DNA of 20,000 nt, taken from NCBI GenBank assembly GCA_036172245.1, contig JAYWIR010000139.1:50833-70832 (forward strand). The letters run 5' to 3'. The notes beneath the pieces are model-generated. The model was not told where the DNA came from, made no database searches, and saw nothing but the letters and a program-made list of their open reading frames with translations. The position numbers were made by a program, and so were the translations under genes. The DNA comes from Raillietiella orientalis (lineage: Eukaryota). Below, one piece after another: positions 11,201-19,117 of the stretch; position 1 is the stretch's first letter; the number at the start of each line of letters is the position of its first letter.

Positions 11201-12852
11201 TCTTGCCGGAACGAGCCTGCATCTGGAACACCTTCGTTGCCCCCCTCCTCCGCCCCCTGTTTTTTGTTTGTCCACCCCCCCAGGAAGTCAAAGTCTGGGC
11301 GCAGCGCCTTCTACGCAAAGCGTTGTGGGGCGCTGCAAGATCCCGTGTTAGACTTAAAGACTTGGTGGCGCCTCGTCAGGATGCAGGCTTGGGCATCCTC
11401 GACTTAAACAGCATCGAACTCAAGGTGCAGTTTCGCATGCTGCGGCTCTGTGCCAAGCTGTGGTGGACGCCGTGGTGCTTACCTGCACGCCTTATACTGA
11501 GGCGCTGCACGGGAAGCGAGGGACTGCTTTGGTTGCTACCCCACTTTCGGTACACCAGAATAGGGTTTGGCTTCCCGCTGAGGCAGCTGTCCTCACTGCT
11601 GGAAGCCCAAAGCTGGATCTCCTGCCGCCCCATGAACATTAATGCATGGCGGCAGGAATCTTTTTCATTGTGGGCAGCTTCCGAAGGAACGTGCCCGAAA
11701 GATCTTTGGCGCCTGCGACTTCTCCTCAGTCATCCAATGGACGAAGTCATGCAGGACAGGCAGATGTCGGATCGTCTGGCCGCCACACCACTCGTCGCAG
11801 CTCTGTCTGCCCTCAGAGCAAGCAACGAGAGTTGCCTACCGGCGAAATGGGAGTTTTCCTGCTCAATTAAGGGAGTCAGTATGCTCCTCGGCTGCTGGAC
11901 GACAAAGGAGCTGGTGGAAACTGCCACGCTTCGTAATCGGGCGAAGGGCCTGCTTCGGTGGAGTGAACATTTAAGTGTACCCCCCGAAGAGATAGTGGTC
12001 TCCCTCGTTGGTTTAGACAGTTTCTGTACCCCTTAAAGTGGAAACAAGATGTGCTGCTCTTTCTACACTGTAGCTTTTACCGTAATAGGCAGCAAAGCAT
12101 CGTTTCCGGGGGATCTGCGGTGCCAAACTGTTTGAGGTATGGAGAGTTCGAGTCTTCTCCGCACCTCTTGCTGGACTGCGGTGACCCTTGTGAACTGTGG
12201 TTAAGGCTGATTGCAGCCATCCTGGCGCGAAGAGGCACTGCCATTGATGTGCTGCGTCGCTTCCTCAGGAAAAATAGATTTTCAGTAGGCGCGATTGTCG
12301 CATCCATGTGTTCCATTCGCGCCATCGTGAAGGTCCGCTACGCCCTGGAGTTGTCAGCGCAGCAAAGGGAGGTTCACCGGTTCGCAGCAGAATCCATGGA
12401 AAAGGCAGCAAAGTGGCCTCATCATCGTGACGTGCTCAAAGAGAACATTGCCGGCATCCACGGCCGGTTTACAAACTTTTAAGAACATATTAATTCGGTG
12501 ATCACTACGTCCTGAATTCAACCCTTACCCCTCACCCGCTCGCTCTGCTAAACTGCCGGTGCCATTACTTTCATCCCGGTGCGAACCATAGCGATCCCAA
12601 AGACCCTTGTCCCGGCGTCCCCCATTGATTTTTTTTTTTTTTGTTTTTGTTTGTTTGTGTTGCTACTTCCCCCACACCATTCTGTGTTATTCTGGCCTGC
12701 GTGCCAGGAATTTTCTCTTCATCAACCTTCAGTCGTCGGTTCGAAGCATCGTTCTTAGCTGGTTTATTTTATATAACTGTTTTTGTTTATATTATATGAT
12801 ACAAACGTCCCGACGTGACCGAGTGAGAAATCTCCGTTGCTTGGTGTGAAAA
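8242..12852 (+). mobile_element. LINE segment D (family 1): ORF1 C-terminus, complete but decayed ORF2, and 3' UTR
   Basis: The ORF1 tail (KWEIVERRK ... SQP*) precedes ORF2. T-rich 3' UTR ending in GTGTGAAAA at 12852. Confidence 0.92.
8916..12482 (+). pseudogene. ORF2 of D: APE, RT and CCHC finger; disrupted
   Basis: ACCNLNG, LHEIH, AGDFN, PDHVFLD, SDH; APGEDG, RLLPKGGDLRQLNNWRPITLVNSDVK, QTYAVPGRS, DLHKAYD, GIRQNDSLSP, YAND (decayed YADD), RYLG, DAGLG; CLRYGEFESSPHLLLDC. Multiple stops and frameshifts. Confidence 0.93.
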
Positions 12853-13862
12853 GATCACGCGGATCTCTTCAGTAGCACCGGAGGGAAGAGGCGATTTCCG
12901 GCATTAAGGCTGGGAACGTGGCGTTGCAGCACCTGTCAAGTGACAGGCGGGAGGGACGAGTATGGGGACCGCAGCCATCTCAGGCACTTGACTCACCTGG
13001 GGCACAGACTCTAACCTTTCCCTCCCTCCGTCGTCGCAGCGTGGGGTCACCTCTGGAGGAGAGTCCCAGGAGTTTCCCACTTTCTTCGCACGTTCGCTTC
13101 TCTCGATTATCTCTCCCTTTTCCACGGACGGGATAATTTTGCGGGTAGCCTTCTTCGTACGACTGGTCTTCGGGCGGGAGGCCTCGATGCTGCAGGATGT
13201 TTTCCGCCTCTACGTCGAAGTTCGGAATCTCCAAATTCTTGATCGAGGTCGGTGGCCTTCAGGCCTTATTCGCAGATTTAAGGGGACGCTGCAAGGACGC
13301 AGCGAGCTTCTCCGCCGCTCGCTCAAAGGCCACGTCATCAAGCATGCGTTCGATGACGGACGCCAACGCTGGGTCGATATCCCTCCGGCATTAATTTTCC
13401 GGAGGGCTAAAAGTCACCAGCGACGAGTGCAATTTTGCCGTTTGATTTTTTCGCGACGCGGCAATTTCTCGCTGTGTTCTGCGATGGTATTTATTGTACT
13501 TTTTTCCTTGAGGTTTTTCAGCCTCTTCGATTGCACTATCTGCCATCCAGGTTCCTCGTCGTAATCCTCCTCGACCTTGTCCACGTTTCTCGAAGGGATC
13601 TTGGAGCTCACCTTTACCTGAGGCACGTTAGTTTGTTCTTTAGCGGCAATTCGCTCTCGCGCTGCCAGAACTATTTTTTTCTTTGGCCGCGCGCTTCTTC
13701 GCATTCCATGCGGACGCGACGCGGACTTCATTTTGCGGGCACACCGGAAGAGTGTGCTCGGGTTGCTTGCGTTGCTTGCACTAGAATTGAGGGCACCTTT
13801 TTTTAAGGTGACCTGAAGTGCTGCCATGTCCCCAGAAATGCGGCTTTCCAACATACCAAGAC
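12853..13862 (-). mobile_element. LINE segment E (family 1): 3' half of ORF1 and first codons of ORF2; possibly the upstream part of A
   Basis: Minus strand WYVGKPHFWGHGSTSGHLKKRCPQF*CKQRKQPEHTLPVCP aligns with F's WYVGKEKECGLCNTFGHLKKGCPDATCPTCGAKGHTSAVCP. Also GWQIVQSK and DDVAFERAAEKLAA. ORF1 ends SQP* overlapping MPEIASSLR. Confidence 0.85.
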
Positions 13863-13905
13863 TAGGTGTTGTGTGGATTGGAAGTGCGGCCGTTGGAAGG
13901 CAGAA

Positions 13906-15537
13906 ATGCCTGAAGACGCCGCAGTACCTGCGACGGGAGACGTGAGGCCCACGTCTTCCCAACCCATAGAGGTGGGGTCATGCCCCACCACAAAAGCAGC
14001 CTTCGCCACCCCGGCGAGGGCGTGGAATAAGGTGGTCGCGGCGGCTCCGCCGGACGTGGCCGCCGAAGTGCAGGCATACATAAAGGAGGGCTACAACCCT
14101 GCCCTCCTTTACAAGGAAGGAAACTTATATTCTCCGCTTACAACGCGGAAATTTGGAAACGCCATCCGTAGGATGGGAATCTCTGACGAGGAGATTCTTT
14201 GCTTCTAGATTCGGAGCGGCGGGCAGTTCGCGGAGCTCATCTGCAGAGATGCAGCGCTCACACAGGAACTGCTCTGCACGCCCTTTCCGTTCGAAGGGCG
14301 AAATCTCCTCCCACACAAGGTGGATCACTCTATGGTGATCCACCTCACTGGTACAACGGTGCGGATGACCGAGGAAGCCATCCGCACTGAGATCACCAAG
14401 TTCGCGGAGATATACGCGATGTGGTCGAAGCCCAACGCCTTTACTTATCGAGGCGCATTCAGTGGGCGAGTGGCCGCACGCGTAACTCTCCGCGAAAACA
14501 AAGAACTTCCCCACAAGCTGGAGGTCAACGACGAGCTCGTCGAACTCTGGTACGTGGGGAAGGAAAAAGAAATGTGGGCTGTGCAACACATTCGGGCATC
14601 TTAAAAAGGGATGTCCGGATGCTACATGCCCAACCTGCGGCGCGAAGGGCCACACTAGTGCTGTGTGCCCGAAAAACGCCGCGACAACGCCTTTAGCCCC
14701 TTCGACAAATGAGGGGAAGAAGGCAGAAAACAAAAAAACCAGCGACCAGACGCCGACCTCAGAAGAAGTCGTGCACAAGGAGCAGGAGCTTATAAAGGAG
14801 ACTTCTGAGCCAACTGCCGACGAGGAAAACTGGAAAGTCGTTTCAAGCAAAGAAGCGAAAGAAACACACACAAAAAAAAAAAAATACATACAAAAAATAA
14901 TAAAAATCAGAACGCGAGCTTTACCAAAAACCACGCGGTCGGCAAACAAAAAATTTTGCCGCGCGAGTCCATAAAGGAATGCTGCGTTACAATCGAGCGC
15001 GTTACGTCGATCGAGCGTCGATCGGCGGACGCGACTCCCGCAACCGTCGCGAACGCCGCGGAACCGCCGCAGGAATCCTGCGACAAACACGCGAGCAGCA
15101 GCGATGAGAAAAATTTCGCGAAGGCGGCGGAGGAACTCGCGGCCAAATAAATGCAGCCGCCAAAGCCTGCAAAGAAGGCCGTCAGACGTGCGGCGGAAGT
15201 TAAGGGCCCGGAAACTTCCGGGTCCGAGGCGAAAGACGGAAGTTCTCTTACCGTCGCACTCTTGAAGAGGAAGGCGAGCCGGAAGTGGCGCAACCCAATG
15301 CGCGTCGCTCCCCCTCAGGCTGAGCAGGAGGAGATGCGCTAGGATAGCGAGGAGGCGATGTCCACGAGGTCGCGGGATCCCTCTATCGACAGCATCCGGT
15401 CGGTCCTTCCTATAGACCTCAGTCCGGCTGCAGACGTTCCGGTCGTTGCCGAAACGCCACCACCGCAGATGGACAACGACCAGCCGCCTCCCGTACCGGA
15501 GTCGGCAATACACACGCCACCACCATCATTAGTATGA
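13906..15537 (+). pseudogene. ORF1 of F with two CCHC zinc knuckles; disrupted
   Basis: RRM-like IHLTG..IRTEITKFAEI..FSGRVAARV; CGLCNTFGHLKKGC and CPTCGAKGHTSAVC. Stops at 14206, 15148 and 15340, frameshift near 14570, terminal TGA at 15535-15537. Confidence 0.88.
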
Positions 15538-18325
15538 TGCGTGGAATCGCCTCTTGCCGGCAGCTGCGTATAGCCTGTTGGAATGTCAACGGGCTGCGTA
15601 GCGAAAGCAAGAGGCGTAGCGTGGCCGACACCCTGCAACCTTTCGAGCTGGCACTTTTCCAAGAGGTGCATGCCCTCAGAGCAGAGGACATCCAGTAAAT
15701 CGAGAGCCTCACAGGGGGCAGGATACTTTGGCGTGGTGGAGGAGACCACTCCCGCGGAGTGGCCTTCCTGCTGAAGCCGGCCGTCGCCAATGCGGTGCGC
15801 AGTGCACAGTTCGACGAGGAAGGTCGAGTCGGACAACTTGTCCTCAAGTGGTCCGAATCGATCGACCTCGTAGTTACGAACGTGTACGCGCCCTGCACCA
15901 GCCACAGGCGCGCAGAACGCACTGCGTTCTTCGAAGCCCTGCGGCGAGACTGGCTGGCCGAAGCAGGCGTGCGGTGGACGCATCTGATAGCGGGAGACTT
16001 CAACGTCCACCTCCTGTCGGAAGCGCCCGACATAAGAGCACAATTGGTCAACGAGTTGTGTGCGGCTATGCACACACGCAACTTGTTGGCCGATGGAGCC
16101 GGGGTGAGAAACAGAATCGACCACGTGTTCCTCGATAACCACTTGTGTACGCGGGTGGGGACTCGAGGAGCAATTGCGTCGGAGCTGTCTGATCACCCTC
16201 GGCTAGTAATCAACATCCGTCCGCATGACAGAGGTCCACCCTCCGAAGCGTGGCGCCTGCCGGGGGACTGGTTGCGACTCGCAGGAGCGCGCGAACATCT
16301 CCGCGCATTCCTGCGTAGTTGCGAATTGCAGACTCTCGCTGACTGGGACAAAATAAAACCATCAGTACGAGAGTTCTGTGACCAGTTTACCCTCCATCAA
16401 CTTCCTGCAGGTTTCGGCGATGCCACCCGGATACGCCAAGACGTTTATTAATTATTAGACCAGAATCTCCTGCTGGAGCTTTTGGAACGCTTGGGTTTCC
16501 GGGCCTCATTATTGGCCTATCTGCTCTCTAGCTGGCGCGATGCGCTAATCAATGTTACTTTCAGCGGGCATACTGTTCACGGCGTGCCTGTGCGACGTGG
16601 AATCCGGCAAGCAGACAACCTGAGCCCCTCGCTCTTCAGTTCCTACTTTGAGTTGGTACTGAAATGGTTCAGGGAAACTCTGGCGCACCTGCCACATGAA
16701 TGCGCCGGAACGCCTGCGGTATCAGCATATGCGGACGACCTCCTGCTACTGCTCCCTATGTCCACCCCGGCTTCGGCGGTCGAGGAGTTCTTCGACCTGC
16801 TGCATCGGGGAACCGGACTTACGGTGAACAGGGCGAAGTCGTCCGTGATGCCAGTTGGTGCGGCGTGGGCAGGGCAGCAGGACTAGGTCCCTTTGAAGAT
16901 CCCCACGGTGAGGTACTTCAAGTACCTTGGTGTGCCGTTGGGGGACCACTCCCCTGCGGAAGCGTGGTCCGGCTGCGTTCAAAAAGTAGATACGGCTATC
17001 GGCCCGTTCCGAGGCGGGAGGGTTTCCTGCCTGTACGGGCCGCGGTTTGGAACATGTTCGCGGCTCCTCTCCTTTGTTTCCTGCTTTTTGTTTGCCCCCC
17101 TACAGAGAGGATCAAAAAGTGGGCAAAGGACCTCCTCCGTATCGCCCTTTGGGGCAACGGGAGGGCCCAAGTCCGCTTGAAGGACTTGTGCGCTCCGCGT
17201 CGGGACGCTGGTCTCGGCCTCCTGACATTGGAGCGGCTGGAGCTGCAGCTCCAGTTCCGGAGTTTAACACTTGTGCCGGAGTTGTGGTGCACCTGTTGTG
17301 CGTCCCTGTACGTCTCCTTCTTCAGAGAGCCACCGGCAAGACGGGACTTACGTCGTTTCTTGCACTCCATCGAAGCCGCATCAACCAATGTGGGCTTCAG
17401 CTACGGAGGGTGGCTGCGCAGGCAAGGAAAAATCAAGAATGGATCACCTGTCTCCCCGCAAACGGTAGTGCCTGGTTGCAGGAAACCGTTCGTACGTGGG
17501 GACAGTTCGGCATGCATTCCTCCTATCAGGAACGAAGGTTCCTGTTTGGGTGTTACAGAAGTTGCACGCTCCGTGAAATCCTGGAGGATCCTAAGTAGAG
17601 AGCATGGTCAGGAAGAACACCCCTCGCTGCTGCGCTGGACTCTCTAGTGGAACATCAGGACAGCGATGTTGCGGCGAAGTGGGAGGTTACAATAAAAATC
17701 TCCGGGAAAGAGGAGAAGCAGAGAGAGCGGAAGACGGGCCAACTAACTGATGCTGCGTCCCCGAGTACGCCTCCTAATGGACTTCTGCGCTGGGGAGCGC
17801 TGCTGGATGTTCCGATTGAACATCTGAAGTGGCCCCCGATTCTTATGAACACTTCATCCTCCCCCTAAAATGGCAAGAGTCGGCATTCCTGTTGCAGCAC
17901 TGGGGACTCCCCTGCAACGCCCGTCGACACCACTGGACCTGGGGAGCGGTGGATCCCAATTGTGTAAGGTGCAGGGTACGAAGTCCCTCCCCCACCTCCT
18001 AGTGGATTGTGTTGCCCTTCGGCTACTTTGGTTCCGCTTTGCCGCAGCCATCGGTATCCCTTGCAGCAACCTCAGGGACGCACTAAAAGCCTTCTTCGTT
18101 GCCGACGCCCTGCGGCCAGCGTCCTCGATAGCAGCCTTGTGCTGCCTTCGTGGGATCGTCGCTGCCTGGAGCACGGCGCCGGGAAAACCTAACGATCAGG
18201 AAGCCATCCAGTGCGCCTCTGAATTCCTGAAGAGGGCGTCGCGATGGCCCCACCTGGCTGTTCACAACAAACAAGAGCTTGCCAGCATCCTGAGAGGGAT
18301 GATGCGGCCCCAGCAGCAACAGTGA
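15537..18325 (+). pseudogene. ORF2 of F: APE, then the RT C-terminal half and CCHC remnant; internally deleted and disrupted
   Basis: IACWNVNG, FQEVH, NVYAP, AGDFN, RIDHVFLD, SDH. Jumps at ~16450 to LLERLG..GIRQADNLSP, YADD, KYLG, DAGLG, LCKVQGTKSLPHLLVDC. Confidence 0.93.
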
Positions 18326-18517
18326 TCCCTTCCCGTTCCCTCCCAACCTTTGTTTTTTTTTGTTTAGTTTTTTTTTTTTTGTTTTTCCCCATTCTTCTGC
18401 TGCCTTGGTAGACCGTACCGGTCTAGACACCGGTGAATTGGCAGACGCCGTGGTCCTTAGCTTCTGGCTGGAGCATTGCCACAGTTATTAATAATTTGTA
18501 TACAAAGTTTAATTTTT

Positions 18518-18548
18518 AATAAACGACTTGGAGAAATCCGGGTGAAAA
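18518..18548 (+). terminator. LINE 3' terminus: AATAAA, then a GAAA-loop hairpin, then GAAAA (equivalents at 19087-19117 and 12799-12852)
   Basis: AATAAACG ACTTGGA-GAAA-TCCGGGT GAAAA. The same layout occurs in G and, more diverged, in D. Confidence 0.7.
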
Positions 18549-18554
18549 TAACGG

Positions 18555-19117
18555 GAGTCCCTCCCCCACCTCCTAGTGGATTGTGTTGCCCTTCGGCCCC
18601 TTTAATTTCGCTTTGCCGCGGCCATCGGAATCCCCTGCGGCAAACCCAGGGACGCACTGAAAGCCCTCTTCGTTGCCGACGTCCTTCGGCCAGCGGCCTC
18701 GTTAGCAGCTTTGTGCTGCCTACGCGGGATCGTCACCGCTTGGAGCAAGGCTTCGGGAGGACAACGCGACCAGGGTGCCATCCAGCCAGCCTCCCAGTTC
18801 CTGAGGAGGGCGTCCCGATGGCCCCACCTGGATCCAGGAATACAGAAGGAGCTTGCCGGCATAATGCAAAGGATGCAACGGCCCCACCAGCAACTGTGAT
18901 CCCTTCCCTTACCCTCCCAACTTTTCTTTTTTTTTTTGTTTTGTTTTTTGTTTTTTCCCCTTCCCCCTGTTGCCTTGATAGACCGTACCGGTCTGCGAAC
19001 CGTTGACCCGGCAGGCTCTGTGTCTCTTCGTGCGTGGCTGGAGCAATGGTCCAGCCACCGCACGTCTTTGTGAAAGTTTATTTTACAATAAACGCCCCGG
19101 CGAAATCCGGGTGAAAA
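18555..19117 (+). mobile_element. LINE segment G: ~560 bp 5'-truncated copy (ORF2 C-terminus and 3' UTR) closely related to the F 3' end, head-to-tail behind F
   Basis: AGTCCCTCCCCCACCTCCTAGTGGATTGTGTTGCCCTTCGGC is identical at 17982 and 18555, and the two are colinear to AATAAA (19087) and GTGAAAA (19117). Scattered substitutions show it is a separate or old copy. Confidence 0.93.

Larger units (their letters stand above)
13863..18548 (+). mobile_element. LINE segment F (family 1): near full-length, with ~0.8 kb of ORF2 missing at ~16450
   Basis: ORF1, ORF2 and 3' UTR in order. AATAAA at 18518-18523 and terminal GTGAAAA ending at 18548. Confidence 0.92.

Noticed and set aside
12520..12540. 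Telomere-like AACCCTTACCC
   Set aside because: Only about two imperfect units, lying within the C-tract of the LINE 3' UTR.
12932..12947. Inverted repeat CCTGTCA-AG-TGACAGG upstream of the E stop-start
   Set aside because: No counterpart was seen at the D or F junctions.
14125..15513. 462-aa minus-strand ORF and other long antisense ORFs (7361-8080, 15339-16196)
   Set aside because: These are shadows of LINE ORFs in GC-rich sequence. They have no recognisable motifs and are not conserved between copies.
17982..19117. F 3' end and G interpreted as LTRs or a recent tandem duplication
   Set aside because: The repeat includes ORF2 coding sequence and ends at the LINE tail. There are no TG..CA ends, PBS or integrase, and many substitutions. 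A 5'-truncated LINE copy fits better.
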